From Arenicellales bacterium (lineage in GTDB: Bacteria > Pseudomonadota > Gammaproteobacteria > Arenicellales > JAJDZL01): a stretch of 64,000 bases of DNA. Made by a program: the position numbers and the translations under genes. Positions 1 to 10,415 of the stretch are shown piece by piece. Positions within the stretch are counted from its first letter, which is position 1, and each line of letters begins with the position of its first letter. The stretch spans positions 861,548 to 925,547 of the forward strand of contig OZ241916.1 in assembly GCA_965203865.1 (NCBI GenBank), in the 5' to 3' direction. The notes beneath the pieces were generated by a model. It did no database searches. It had not been told where the DNA came from and saw only the letters and a list, made by a program, of their open reading frames with translations.

Positions 1-3000
1 TGCCCATTTGAAAAAACGATCCACTTGCCTTCAAAGTTCTTGATTGTTTTACAAGGCAAATCAACCGATTGCTTGGAAACCGTTCTGGCGAGGAAAAGCG
101 AGTGAACCGATTCAGTGCTGTTTTCCAAGCCTCCAAGCCATGAAATTGAATCAAATCCTGCAGTCTTCAGGTATTCAACCCATTTTGAACTTGGTTTGCA
201 CGGGGTATCGTTATGGCGGTCAGGGTCGGAATTATTCCACCAACCTTGCAAGATGCCAAAAACTAGCCGAGCCCATCCAGGTTCCCGGGTTAGCTCTACA
301 AAATGGAAGAAGCCCCCCGGCTTGAGCAGCCTGTTTATGAATGTGAGAGACTGTTTTGTATCCCGGAGTGTATGCAACGTATCCGAGCATATTACGATGT
401 CAAAGTAATGGTCCTTGTAGCCTTGTATAACCGGGTCGGCTTCTATATTCAATTCGCCAAATTTTATAAACTCAAATGCCTTGAATCTTTTTTGGGACTG
501 CTGAATAAAACGCTTTGATAAATCTGTAAATGTGTACTCGACCGACAGTGCTTTCAGTCTTGGTGCAAGCAGGGACAGCAAAGCACCAGTACCACCGCCG
601 ATTTCCAAAATTCGACAAGGCTCGGAATAAGGCCAATGATCAATAATTTCACGAATCGATTGGCATAGAAGCTTGTTGTAAAAACAGCAGGTGGGAGAAT
701 TCAGGTAAAGTAGCCGGAGTTCATCAATAGAACCATTGGGGAACAAGCAGTCGAGCCCGTTTTTTTCCCCTGCAAGTACCAGAGGCAGTTCACGACCGCA
801 CCGTTCAATTAATCTCAGCTCAGACAAGTACTCAGCAACTTCCGGCTTCCTGGAAACTTCGCGCCAGACCTCGATGCCTGAAGTTGAGTTCGAACATTGT
901 AAAGTCGACAGAATACCGTTCTTCAATTTGACGAAATTGTGTTTTGCAAGCAAGCCAAGCAGAGCATCAAAAAGCCGCGTCTGACCACAAGAAATACCAA
1001 GTGTTTCATGAACTTCTTCAATGTTCATTGATTGGCTATCGTGAAATACGAATCCGAGATTTTCAAATGCTTCGGCTATATAGGCAATAGCAATACGTTC
1101 AAGATCTTTTTCAATTGCCTGGTCGTATTCATTTCGATTTTCATCGTACAACAGTTGCTTGGAATAAATTTGAAGATTGTCGTAAATTTCAGTTGAACTG
1201 AACGCCTCTGCAAGAGCCATTGAGTCATTCTTTGGCTGCAATTTCCACTTGGGTTCCAATACATAAACAGGTTCTGTTCTGGAAGGGGCATGAGCCAAGG
1301 TATCCTGAGGCAATAAACAAAGTGTAATGTCTTGAATTGACAGTACTACTTCTTTTGATTCGTCAAAAACATTCAAGTCGAATTTCAACCTGCTTTTTTC
1401 TTCCTCGGGATTGCAGGCATGACACCAAACAACGTCGCCTGCTTTTTTCCAAAATCGAATTTTGTCTATCCCAACAGGCAACAGCATTTGATTGTTGCCT
1501 AACACTGCTATTCCCGCCCGAAAGCATAAGTCCAGCAATCCTGGATCTATTAATATATTTTCCTGAACCTCGAAAGCCGTACGCTGAACAGACAATTTCG
1601 CGAGAACATTGTGCTGGCCCCAAGATTGCAATTTTTCAATTTTATACGGCTCTTTGGCATGCGTGAATCCCAACTTGGAAAACATTTTGTTAAATTCTTG
1701 TACTGATATTGAACGGGTACACTGGTTCAATAGCCCCGCGATACTATCTGTAGGCGGGGAGTCGGAAAGAGGTTCAACTAATCCGCTGCATATCGGGAAA
1801 TGATCTTGTTCCCGCTTTGAGTTTACTGAATGAAATTCAAATTCGAGAACCGGTTTGGTGCCAGTAAATTCCAGGTTGAGGGAATTTGTGTGGCACTCAG
1901 GGTTGTAAAGTAGCAATAGTTCTTCAAACTTTATTTCGCTGATTTCAACGGGAAACTGCCCCAAAACATCTTCAGCAGCTTCAAGAACGGCTTCAATATA
2001 CCCAGTTGCCGGAAATACAGTATTGCCATGGATGCGATGATGGTCTAGCCACTGATATCTATCCCTTTTCAATAACATCTCCCATGAATTGGCAGAGGTA
2101 TGCTGAATTAAACGAGTTTCGGATTTTTGATGAATTGGATTTGCAGTCTTAGTTTCGGGGATTTCTTCAGGAGCGTTCCAAATTTTTTGAAGATTGAATT
2201 GAATGCCGGGAACATCCACTATTCGTGTTTTCCGGTTTACATTTTCCCAATGTACATTGAGCCCGACACAGTAGAGTTTGCCCAAAGTTGCAAGCATCGT
2301 TTGTTTATCCGGGAGATTGCGTCGAAGAGATGGAAAGACCTGTCCTTCGGATTCTGCGTCACCGAGGTTTTCCTGAATATTCATTGACAAGACCGGATGC
2401 GGGGCAATCTCGAGAAAGTGATGGTCGCCAGAATCAAAACAGTGATTCAAGGCGTTTAAAAACTGAACCGGCTGGCGAAAATTTTCCCACCAGTAGCTTG
2501 CTCGGACAAATTTGTTCTGCATGCTGTTTCCAGTTACAGTAGAAAACCAGGGAATTTTTGGGGAGGCGGCAGGTAAATCTTTCACAGCATCCAGAACGTT
2601 AGACCGAGCGCATTCAATCAGAGGCGAGTGAAACGGGATATCGATTTTCAGCTCTCGACAAAATACTTCTCTGCTTTCAAGATCCCGGGCAACGGCTCGA
2701 ATTGCTTCCGTGGTTCCGGAAAATGTTACAGAAGCAGGGCTGTTATAGGCGGCGATAAAGAGTTCATCAGGAAATTTGTCAAGAATTTGCACTGCTTCGT
2801 CAACTTCGATTGCGGCGGCGCACATCGCACCATGCACACCTGCATTTTCCAGAATTCGACTACGAATTACCAATGCCCGTATTGCATCTGGCAATGCAAT
2901 AGCACCGGAAGCATAAGCTGCAGTTACTTCACCTATACTATGACCAATGACCGCATCCGGATTTATCCCCCAATAATTCCAGAGTTCAACGAGTGCGATT

Positions 3001-4736
3001 TGCAACGCGAACAAACGAGAATGAGCGACAGTAATTTTGCTTTCCTTAACTGAACAGTCGCCGCTTCTGAAATAAGGCAGCACTGAAATATTGAACAGTT
3101 CCTTGAATATTGATTCACAGGTGTTGATGGTTGATCTGAATATCGGTTCTGTAGCGTAAAGTTCTTTCCCTGAATTTGACCAATGCGGGCCCATTCCGCA
3201 AAATACAAAAACCAATTTCGGGTCAATGCCTGCCTCAATACTCTGCTGAGGAGCAGTCCTCAAGTCTTCAAGTTCTTGGCAAACAATCGCATTGCGAAAG
3301 GATTTATGAGTCTTGCGGCTGGCAGTGCATGCTAGTTCGCTCAACTCAATTCCCTCAACTGATGAATACGACTCTTGAAGCTGCTGGACTGACTGAGGAG
3401 ACTGCGCAGAAACAGGGAGGAGCGAGACGGTTTTTTTTCGGATTTCATGTTTGACTGGATTCCGTGGTGCTTGGCGAATTATTGCGTGCGCGTTTGTACC
3501 GCCGAATCCAAATGAGTTGACGGCGGCAATTCGACACCGGTTTTTATTTTTGGGCCACTCCTGAAGGGAAACGGGAATTTGAATACCAAGCGACTCCATA
3601 TTGATCGCCGGGTTTGGACAGGAAAAGTGCAGATTTGGTGGAATTTTTCCATTTTCGACCATCAGTACTGCCTTGATGAATCCGGCAATGCCCGCTGCTC
3701 CTTCGGTGTGTCCGAAATTGGATTTTATCGACCCGACCCAGCAAGGGGCGGTCCCACCGTACACTCTGCCAATGGAATTCGCTTCTGCCAAATCACCGGA
3801 TTGGGTTCCGGTTCCATGCGCCTCCACATACCCTACATCGGTTGCATCAATTTCGGCTTTTTGAACAGCGGATTTCATCATTGTCTCTTGCGCTTCTGCA
3901 CTTGGGGACATCAGCCCCTGTGTCTTGCCATCTTGATTAACTGCCGTTGCAATGACCACTCCTCGTATTCGGTCGCGGTCTGCCAATGCGTTTGACAAGA
4001 GTTTCAGCAGGACTACTCCGCCTCCTTCTGCTCTCACAAATCCGTCAGCGCTTGCGTCGAACGGACGGCATCGCCCCGACTTTGAAAGCATGTTTGCCCG
4101 CCCGAATTCTATGTAGCTTTCGGGCATTACGATTGTGTTGGCGCCACCTGCAATCGCAACATCGCACTCGCCTTGAATCAGGGACTGGCAGGCACCATCA
4201 ACTGCGACCAGAGAAGATGAACATGCTGTGTCGTAACTAATACTTGGCCCTGTAAAGTTAAACGTGTAAGAAATTCGATTGGCTGCAATGCTTGTAGAAC
4301 GGCCTAGTCCGGTGTGGGGACCAATCCTGTTTTTTCTTGAAAGAACCAGGCGCTCGAAATCATGACTGATTACGCCGACAAAGACGCCAGTTTTCAAGTG
4401 CGCAAGATTGTCGACTGAAATTGCGGCATCTTCCATTGCCCGCCAAGAAAGCTCAAGCAAAATTCTCTGCTGAGGGTCAATGTCTTGTGCTTCCCGGGGG
4501 GATATACCGAAAAACACCGGGTCGAAGTCTTCAATACCGTCTATGAATCCCCCAACTTTGGCATAGTCTGAACCATGGTCCAGCACACTTGTGCTGAATC
4601 GCTCGCCAAGAATTCCTTCTATCGAGTCGATGCCGTTTTTTATGTTGCTCCAGAGCGTTTCAGGGTCGCGGGCATGGCCGGGAAACCGGCACGCCATACC
4701 GATTATTGCAACAGGGGGGTAGTATGTCTTGTTCAA
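1..4736 (-). CDS. Type I polyketide synthase, 5' part (KS-AT-DH-cMT, then the start of a probable KR/ER region); 3' end lies outside the window
   Basis: Absent from the ORF track because it has no stop inside the window. Manual minus-strand translation from TTG at 4736 gives LNKTYYPPVAIIGMACRFPG; KS motifs DTACSSSL, EAHGTGT, KSNFGHTEGAAG; AT motifs GHSIGE and IPFHS; DH motif HRIHGNTVFP; MT motifs ILEIGGGTG, SDTLH, LLKPGG..VE and FGILQGWW. The motifs checked are in the same frame. Confidence 0.92.
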   Translation of the reverse strand, partial: MNKTYYPPVAIIGMACRFPGHARDPETLWSNIKNGIDSIEGILGERFSTSVLDHGSDYAKVGGFIDGIEDFDPVFFGISPREAQDIDPQQRILLELSWRAMEDAAISVDNLAHLKTGVFVGVISHDFERLVLSRKNRIGPHTGLGRSTSIAANRISYTFNFTGPSISYDTACSSSLVAVDGACQSLIQGECDVAIAGGANTIVMPESYIEFGRANMLSKSGRCRPFDASADGFVRAEGGGVVLLKLLSNALADRDRIRGVVIATAVNQDGKTQGLMSPSAEAQETMMKSAVQKAEIDATDVGYVEAHGTGTQSGDLAEANSIGRVYGGTAPCWVGSIKSNFGHTEGAAGIAGFIKAVLMVENGKIPPNLHFSCPNPAINMESLGIQIPVSLQEWPKNKNRCRIAAVNSFGFGGTNAHAIIRQAPRNPVKHEIRKKTVSLLPVSAQSPQSVQQLQESYSSVEGIELSELACTASRKTHKSFRNAIVCQELEDLRTAPQQSIEAGIDPKLVFVFCGMGPHWSNSGKELYATEPIFRSTINTCESIFKELFNISVLPYFRSGDCSVKESKITVAHSRLFALQIALVELWNYWGINPDAVIGHSIGEVTAAYASGAIALPDAIRALVIRSRILENAGVHGAMCAAAIEVDEAVQILDKFPDELFIAAYNSPASVTFSGTTEAIRAVARDLESREVFCRELKIDIPFHSPLIECARSNVLDAVKDLPAASPKIPWFSTVTGNSMQNKFVRASYWWENFRQPVQFLNALNHCFDSGDHHFLEIAPHPVLSMNIQENLGDAESEGQVFPSLRRNLPDKQTMLATLGKLYCVGLNVHWENVNRKTRIVDVPGIQFNLQKIWNAPEEIPETKTANPIHQKSETRLIQHTSANSWEMLLKRDRYQWLDHHRIHGNTVFPATGYIEAVLEAAEDVLGQFPVEISEIKFEELLLLYNPECHTNSLNLEFTGTKPVLEFEFHSVNSKREQDHFPICSGLVEPLSDSPPTDSIAGLLNQCTRSISVQEFNKMFSKLGFTHAKEPYKIEKLQSWGQHNVLAKLSVQRTAFEVQENILIDPGLLDLCFRAGIAVLGNNQMLLPVGIDKIRFWKKAGDVVWCHACNPEEEKSRLKFDLNVFDESKEVVLSIQDITLCLLPQDTLAHAPSRTEPVYVLEPKWKLQPKNDSMALAEAFSSTEIYDNLQIYSKQLLYDENRNEYDQAIEKDLERIAIAYIAEAFENLGFVFHDSQSMNIEEVHETLGISCGQTRLFDALLGLLAKHNFVKLKNGILSTLQCSNSTSGIEVWREVSRKPEVAEYLSELRLIERCGRELPLVLAGEKNGLDCLFPNGSIDELRLLYLNSPTCCFYNKLLCQSIREIIDHWPYSEPCRILEIGGGTGALLSLLAPRLKALSVEYTFTDLSKRFIQQSQKRFKAFEFIKFGELNIEADPVIQGYKDHYFDIVICSDTLHTLRDTKQSLTFINRLLKPGGFFHFVELTREPGWARLVFGILQGWWNNSDPDRHNDTPCKPSSKWVEYLKTAGFDSISWLGGLENSTESVHSLFLARTVSKQSVDLPCKTIKNFEGKWIVFSNG

Positions 4737-5040
4737 ACCGAATGCTACAGTGAGAAGTTTCTGATTGATATTACAGGTTATTAAAAACGATTTCCCCCAG
4801 CTCGCGGATTCATTTCAACTAAAACAGGAATACTGATTAGTATTCAAATGTTTTTTTGTTTGTTCAAAATATCTGTAAAATTGCGAGAAATGAATTACAT
4901 GAAAATTATTTAATTTTTCAGTTTTAGACAATTTGGGTATACTTTTTCAATACGAGTCCATTCGTAGTGGAAATTTGGACGACGAATGTTATAGTTTCTA
5001 ATTTTCGTAAACGGTATTGTAAGGAAAATTTTTAATTGGT

Positions 5041-5430
5041 TTGAGGTCAAATCGGTTGTCAAGAAAATTCGCAGGCATATTCTCGATCGTAGGATTTACT
5101 TCACTATTGTGCGGTTTACTATTATTTTCTCATGCCAGTGTTGCAGACGAAGCTGCAACAGTTATCAAGCAAGGGAAAGAAATTGTCGTAGATCGTAAAA
5201 GGGGCAATTGTGTTGCATGTCACATCATTGAGGATGAAGAACTGCCTGGAACGAACGGCCCGCCACTGATTTTCATGAAGCAACGTTTTCCTGACAAGCA
5301 AAAACTCCGCGAACGAATTTACGATCCTACTGCATTTAATCCAAATTCGTTGATGCCTCCTTTTGGCCGTCACGGAATTTTGACGCCGGAGGAAATTGAC
5401 AAGGTTGTTGAATATATTCATTCACTGTAA
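5041..5430 (+). CDS. soxX: Sulfur oxidation c-type cytochrome SoxX
   Basis: Signal peptide; heme motif GNCVACH; GPPL and MPPFG motifs; first gene of the sox cluster. Confidence 0.9.
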   Translation: MRSNRLSRKFAGIFSIVGFTSLLCGLLLFSHASVADEAATVIKQGKEIVVDRKRGNCVACHIIEDEELPGTNGPPLIFMKQRFPDKQKLRERIYDPTAFNPNSLMPPFGRHGILTPEEIDKVVEYIHSL

Positions 5431-5443
5431 GAGGTTGAAAATT

Positions 5444-5920
5444 ATGAATGCCTTAGACCCTATGAGACGCAAAGTGCTGAAAGGCGTGCTGGTATCAAGC
5501 ATTGCAGGCCTGGCAGCTTCTTGGGGGATGCTGGGAGCAAATGCATATGCGGCGCGTCCCGAATCCGCCTTTCAGGCCGAAAACCTGGAATCCGCACTCA
5601 AGGAGCTATTCGGAGAGGATGGGATTGAGGAAAGCGCGGATATTATTGTGAAAGCACCGGACATTGCCGAGAATGGTGCAGTGGTACCCGTGCAAGTAAC
5701 TTCGAATATCCAAAATACAGAATCGGTGGCAGTACTGGTGACGGAAAATCCATTTCCAATGGCCGCTTCTTTTGATGTTTCTTCAGAAGTGATGCCGGAG
5801 TTTTCCATACGAATTAAAATGGGCAAGACGTCCGATGTGATTGCACTTGTAAAAGCGGAAGGAAAGATCTTCCGAGGAAGTAAATTGGTGGAGGTTACCA
5901 TCGGTGGATGCGGTGGATAG
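5444..5920 (+). CDS. soxY: Thiosulfate oxidation carrier protein SoxY
   Basis: Tat-like signal (MRRKVLKG); PDIAENGAVVPV; C-terminal swinging arm VTIGGCGG. Start moved to the ATG at 5444 because the track start overlaps soxX. Confidence 0.95.
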   Translation: MNALDPMRRKVLKGVLVSSIAGLAASWGMLGANAYAARPESAFQAENLESALKELFGEDGIEESADIIVKAPDIAENGAVVPVQVTSNIQNTESVAVLVTENPFPMAASFDVSSEVMPEFSIRIKMGKTSDVIALVKAEGKIFRGSKLVEVTIGGCGG

Positions 5921-5944
5921 ACGAGTACAACGAGGTAAAGAAAT

Positions 5945-6256
5945 ATGTCACTAAAAGCAAAAATGCGGGTAATTTCCGACGGAAGCACCGAAGTGAAGGT
6001 GTTAATCAAACATCCCATGGAAACAGGTTTTCGCAAGGATAGAAAAACAGGCAAAACAATTCCTGCCCATTATATTCAGCATGTTACATGTGAATGGCAG
6101 GGTCGGGAAGTAATGAAAACCCACTGGGGAGTATCTATTTCCAAGAATCCGTATTTGTCGTTCAAATTGAATGGGCCTGCGTCAGGAGATATGGTTAAGC
6201 TGAGCTGGGTCGACAATATGGGCGAGGGCGGCGAAGGAGAATACAAGGTTCGCTGA
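5945..6256 (+). CDS. soxZ: Thiosulfate oxidation carrier complex protein SoxZ
   Basis: HPMETGFRKD and SISKNPYLSF motifs; follows soxY. Confidence 0.95.
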   Translation: MSLKAKMRVISDGSTEVKVLIKHPMETGFRKDRKTGKTIPAHYIQHVTCEWQGREVMKTHWGVSISKNPYLSFKLNGPASGDMVKLSWVDNMGEGGEGEYKVR

Positions 6257-6298
6257 GAAATTTAGGTAACTTGTTGAATTGAAACGTAGAAATTTATA

Positions 6299-7132
6299 GT
6301 GAAAAAGCTTTTTCTTCTCATCGTAGTTGTTGTATTTTCGGGAGTGTCGGCAGTTGCATTTTCCACCCCTGAAGAAGACCGAATTGCTTTTCAGAACTAC
6401 TACTTCTCGAAGTTTCCGGACACTCCAAGAGAGGACTTTATTAATGGTGTCTATTCCATAAATAAGGATTTAAGAGAGCAGTGGCTGGAGCTGGAAGATT
6501 TTCCTCCGTATGAAATTGCAATTGACGATGGAAAAGAGTTATTCGAAACACCATTTGCAAACGGAAAAACTTACGCAGACTGCTTCGAAAATAACGGAAT
6601 TGAGATTCGTCAAAACTATCCCTATTTCGATTTGGAGCAGGGCCAGGTAATTACGCTGGAGTATGCAATTAACCAATGCCGCGAAGCGAACGGTGAAGAA
6701 CCTTTGCCGTATCGGAAAGGCGACCTCGCGGCAATTTCGGCTTATATGGCTTACACATCCAGAGGGCATACGATTGATGTTGAAATACCGGACGACCCTC
6801 GGGCACTTGCGGCTTATGAAATGGGCAAGCGGTTCTATTACACCAAGCGGGGGCAATTGAATTTCGCATGTTCAGACTGCCATGTTGTCAGCTCCGGTAC
6901 AAAACTTCGCTCTGAAACACTGAGCCCGGCTTTGGGTAACACAAGTCATTTTCCGGTTTATCGGCTGGAATGGAATGAAATCGGTACTCTGCATAGACGA
7001 TTTGTTGGTTGCAATCAGCAGGTACGCGCCAAGGCGTTCAAGCCTCAAAGCGAGGCATATCGAAATCTTGAATTCTTCCTGACTTACATGTCGAATGGTC
7101 TAAAATTTAACGGGCCCGGTGTTCGCAAGTAA
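6299..7132 (+). CDS. soxA: SoxA cytochrome c (monoheme type)
   Basis: Single heme motif FACSDCH; catalytic RRFVGCNQQVRA; C-terminal GPGVRK. Confidence 0.93.
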   Translation: MKKLFLLIVVVVFSGVSAVAFSTPEEDRIAFQNYYFSKFPDTPREDFINGVYSINKDLREQWLELEDFPPYEIAIDDGKELFETPFANGKTYADCFENNGIEIRQNYPYFDLEQGQVITLEYAINQCREANGEEPLPYRKGDLAAISAYMAYTSRGHTIDVEIPDDPRALAAYEMGKRFYYTKRGQLNFACSDCHVVSSGTKLRSETLSPALGNTSHFPVYRLEWNEIGTLHRRFVGCNQQVRAKAFKPQSEAYRNLEFFLTYMSNGLKFNGPGVRK

Positions 7133-7144
7133 TTGTATAAAGGC

Positions 7145-7477
7145 ATGAAAAAAAAATTAATCTCTCTTTGCTTTCTTTGGGTATTCGCCATGCCCGTGAT
7201 GCTGCTTGATTCAGGTACGGATGCTTTCGCACAAAGCGAAATGGAAAATTTTGTAGCCGCTTTTAACGAAGCGAATTTGAAGCGGAAAGAGGCCTCACGC
7301 TTGGGCCATGAGTGGCGGGATACCGCAAAACTTCTCAGAAAGGCCAAAAAAACGGCCGAAGCAGGCAAGCTGGCTGAAGCAATGGAATACGTTGAACAAG
7401 CCCGGTTTCAGAGCGAAATGGCAATTGTTCAGGCGCAAAGAGAAGAGAAGCTTTGGCGAGGCCGAATTATCCGCTAG
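7145..7477 (+). CDS. soxK: SoxAX-binding protein (SoxK-like)
   Basis: Signal peptide followed by a helical domain with GHEWRDT; sits between soxA and soxB, where SoxK/SAXB genes occur. Confidence 0.7.
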   Translation: MKKKLISLCFLWVFAMPVMLLDSGTDAFAQSEMENFVAAFNEANLKRKEASRLGHEWRDTAKLLRKAKKTAEAGKLAEAMEYVEQARFQSEMAIVQAQREEKLWRGRIIR

Positions 7478-7601
7478 TTGCAGGCTGGTTGTTTATAACA
7501 ATACAGTTCAAAATACAGCAAATCCAAGTTTTCCTGGATTACTGCCCAAGTTAAAAATCGCGGTGAATTTGATGCGCTTCAAGTAGAACTGGAGTTCTTG
7601 A

Positions 7602-9332
7602 GTGCATATCGACCGTCGGAATTTTATTCAAATCCTTGCGGCGGCATCCGCTGCCGGTATTCTGCCCAAGAGTTCTGTTCAATCAGCAGGTACAGGGCTG
7701 TACGATATTGAAAATTTCGGCGATGTACGTCTTCTTCACATAACCGATTGCCATGCTCAGCTTCATCCTGTTTACTATCGCGAGCCACATACGCATATAG
7801 GCGCGGGAAAGCTGTTTGGTTCATCGAATAATTTGGCAGGGCAAGCACTGCTTGATTTCTACGGCTTTCAGACTAGCAGTATGGAGGCGTATGCCTTTAC
7901 ACACCTGAATTTTGTTGAACTGGCAGAGAAGTACGGAAAAGTTGGAGGTTATGCGCAATTAAAGACACTGATTGACCAGTTGCGGGGAACATTTGGCAAC
8001 GAACGCTGCCTGTTGCTGGACGGCGGAGACAGTTGGCAAGGTTCGGGAACTGCCCTTTGGACCCGCGGAAAGGAAATGGTGGCAGCGAACAACCTGCTCG
8101 GGGTCGACATAGCCACTGGTCATTGGGAGTTTACCTACTCGCCTGAAGAGGTGCAAGAGAATCTTGAAGCGTCTGAAAGCGAATTCGTTGCGCAGAACAT
8201 ATTCTTGACTGAAGAAGCACAGTTCGAAAACAAGCCTGCCTACGATAGTTTCTCAGGAAGGGTATTTCCGCCCTACACTATTCGTAGACTGGGCAATTTT
8301 GAAATTGCAATCATCGGTCAAGCGTTTCCGTATACACCAATAGCCAATCCAAGTCGCCTTGTTCCTGACTGGACCTTTGGTATTCGCGTCGAGGAGCTTC
8401 AAAAGCTTGTGACGAAAGTTCGAAATACGAACAAACCGGATGCCGTGATTCTCCTGTCCCATAACGGGATGGCAATTGATTTAAAACTTGCAAGCATGGT
8501 TACTGGGATTGATGCGATTCTTGGTGGGCATACGCATGATGCTGTTCCCAAACCCATACCCGTATCCAATTCAAAGGGTACTACGCTGGTGACAAACGCC
8601 GGTTCCAATGGAAAGTTTCTGGGTGTATTGGACATTGCTTTCGGCAAGCGAGGAGTACGAGAGATGAATTATCGGTTGCTACCGGTTTTTAGCAATTACT
8701 TGAAGCCGGATACTGAAATGCAGTCGTTCATAAATGCATCTCGGCGGAAATATTCAAAAATACTTGAAGAGCCGCTCGCTGAAACCGAGTCTTTGTTATT
8801 CAGGAGAGGGAATTTCAATGGAACCTTCGATGAGATTATTTGCGGTGCGTTGCAAACAGTCGGCGATACGCAAATTGCCTGGTCGCCCGGATTCAGATGG
8901 GGGACAGCAGTAATGCCTAGACAACAAATTTTCATGGAAGATCTACTTTCAATGACCGCGATAACCTACCCGGAAATCTACATTCGGGAAATGTCGGGAG
9001 AGGCTTTGAAGCAAGGTCTGGAGGATTTGGCGAGCAGCGTATTCAATCCAGACTATTTTCATCATACAGGCGGGGACATGGTTCGGCTGTCTGGTCTTGC
9101 CTATACAATTGAGCCGTTCGCTGCAACCGGGAGCAGAATCTCGGAGATGCGCCTTGATAACGGGGAATTGATTGAAGCGAGGAAAAGGTATACTGTTACA
9201 GGCTGGGCGTCGGTAGGCGAAGTTTCAGATCTTCCGCCGGTGTGGGATATAGTGGCAGAGTATTTGCGTAACGAAGGAACGGTAAAAGTTGCAACCACAA
9301 ATAAGCCCAGATTGTTACTTGAAAAGAGATAA
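7602..9332 (+). CDS. soxB: Thiosulfohydrolase SoxB
   Basis: Tat signal DRRNFIQ; metallophosphoesterase motifs HITDCHAQL, GGDSWQGS, GHWEFT, LSHNG, GGHTHD. Confidence 0.93.
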   Translation: MHIDRRNFIQILAAASAAGILPKSSVQSAGTGLYDIENFGDVRLLHITDCHAQLHPVYYREPHTHIGAGKLFGSSNNLAGQALLDFYGFQTSSMEAYAFTHLNFVELAEKYGKVGGYAQLKTLIDQLRGTFGNERCLLLDGGDSWQGSGTALWTRGKEMVAANNLLGVDIATGHWEFTYSPEEVQENLEASESEFVAQNIFLTEEAQFENKPAYDSFSGRVFPPYTIRRLGNFEIAIIGQAFPYTPIANPSRLVPDWTFGIRVEELQKLVTKVRNTNKPDAVILLSHNGMAIDLKLASMVTGIDAILGGHTHDAVPKPIPVSNSKGTTLVTNAGSNGKFLGVLDIAFGKRGVREMNYRLLPVFSNYLKPDTEMQSFINASRRKYSKILEEPLAETESLLFRRGNFNGTFDEIICGALQTVGDTQIAWSPGFRWGTAVMPRQQIFMEDLLSMTAITYPEIYIREMSGEALKQGLEDLASSVFNPDYFHHTGGDMVRLSGLAYTIEPFAATGSRISEMRLDNGELIEARKRYTVTGWASVGEVSDLPPVWDIVAEYLRNEGTVKVATTNKPRLLLEKR

Positions 9333-9495
9333 TCAGGGCCGGACGATTATTTGCTTGGCTAAATCAAGTGAAAAATTTTGAACTTGCCTGTCAGGATTAA
9401 CAATTTGTAATTTGACAGAGTTGCATTGTCGCTTGATAATTTAAAAGTAGAATTTAATTTCTGTAATAATTAATACAATTGAGGAGATCCATAAT

Positions 9496-10050
9496 ATGAA
9501 TCAACTTTCCAGCTTTGCAAGGTCAATGGTTTCCTTGCTACTAGCGGTCTTCCTTACTATTGGTATCACTTTTTCGTCCTTTGCCGAAATTCGGGATGCG
9601 GACGAGTATTTCTTTCATCAAAGTTTTGGCGACCTGATGGAGGAAGTCGAAATTGCACAAGAAGAGGGCAAGGAATTTATTTTTATCATGTTCGAGCTGA
9701 TGCAGGGTTGTCCTTGGTGCATCAGGATGAAGAACGAAGTATTGAACCGGTCAGAGGTCCAGGATTTTTACCGCGAGAAATTCAGAGTGCTTAATTTCAG
9801 TGTGGTGGGAGATGATATTGTTACATTTTTTGATGGCAATGACTACAGCGAGAAGGAACTTGCTCAAGACCAGCTTCGATTGCGGGCTTCACCGGAATTT
9901 TTGTTTTATGATTTGAAAGGAAAACAGGTTGTCCGCTACACCGGTGCAGTTAAAAATCCAGAAGAATTTCTTTTGCTGGGAGAGTTTGTCGCCAACAGGG
10001 AATTTGAGAAAACCAATTTCAGAACCTATAAGCGTGAGAAACTGAATTAG
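9496..10050 (+). CDS. Exported thioredoxin-fold protein, SoxW-like
   Basis: Signal peptide; CPWC motif; directly downstream of soxB. Confidence 0.7.
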   Translation: MNQLSSFARSMVSLLLAVFLTIGITFSSFAEIRDADEYFFHQSFGDLMEEVEIAQEEGKEFIFIMFELMQGCPWCIRMKNEVLNRSEVQDFYREKFRVLNFSVVGDDIVTFFDGNDYSEKELAQDQLRLRASPEFLFYDLKGKQVVRYTGAVKNPEEFLLLGEFVANREFEKTNFRTYKREKLN

Positions 10051-10415
10051 GGCGTCATCATTGATGTGCATCCCTGAGGATTCTTTCTGATTGGACAGAA
10101 GAATGCTTTAATTCGCAAAGGAGAAAATTCAAGATTGGTACTGGTTTTACAAATAGGTCAGAATTAGGTTTCGGGTCGAATCACTAATTCGTATGCACAT
10201 GGAAGTCTTTGTATTATCACCTGCAATACTGTATTTCGCGGGTATTCGGATGCAAAAGAGGATTCCCGCAGGGTTTGTGTAAAGCATGTTGAACGCGAAG
10301 TCTCTGAAATTCAGAGTCGATTTTCACCCAGACTGGCAACAGCCTGCCGGTTTGGTTACAAGAACTTTAGTCTATCCGTTTTCCCCGGTGCGTAATTTGA
10401 ATATACAATCATCCC

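Noticed and set aside
44-4784. Numerous short plus-strand ORFs in the track
   Set aside because: They are antisense shadows of the long minus-strand PKS frame and carry no motifs.
4800-5040. Sigma-70 promoter calls for the PKS/sox divergent region
   Set aside because: The region is AT-rich with -10-like hexamers, but I found no correctly spaced -35 element, so a call is not supportable.
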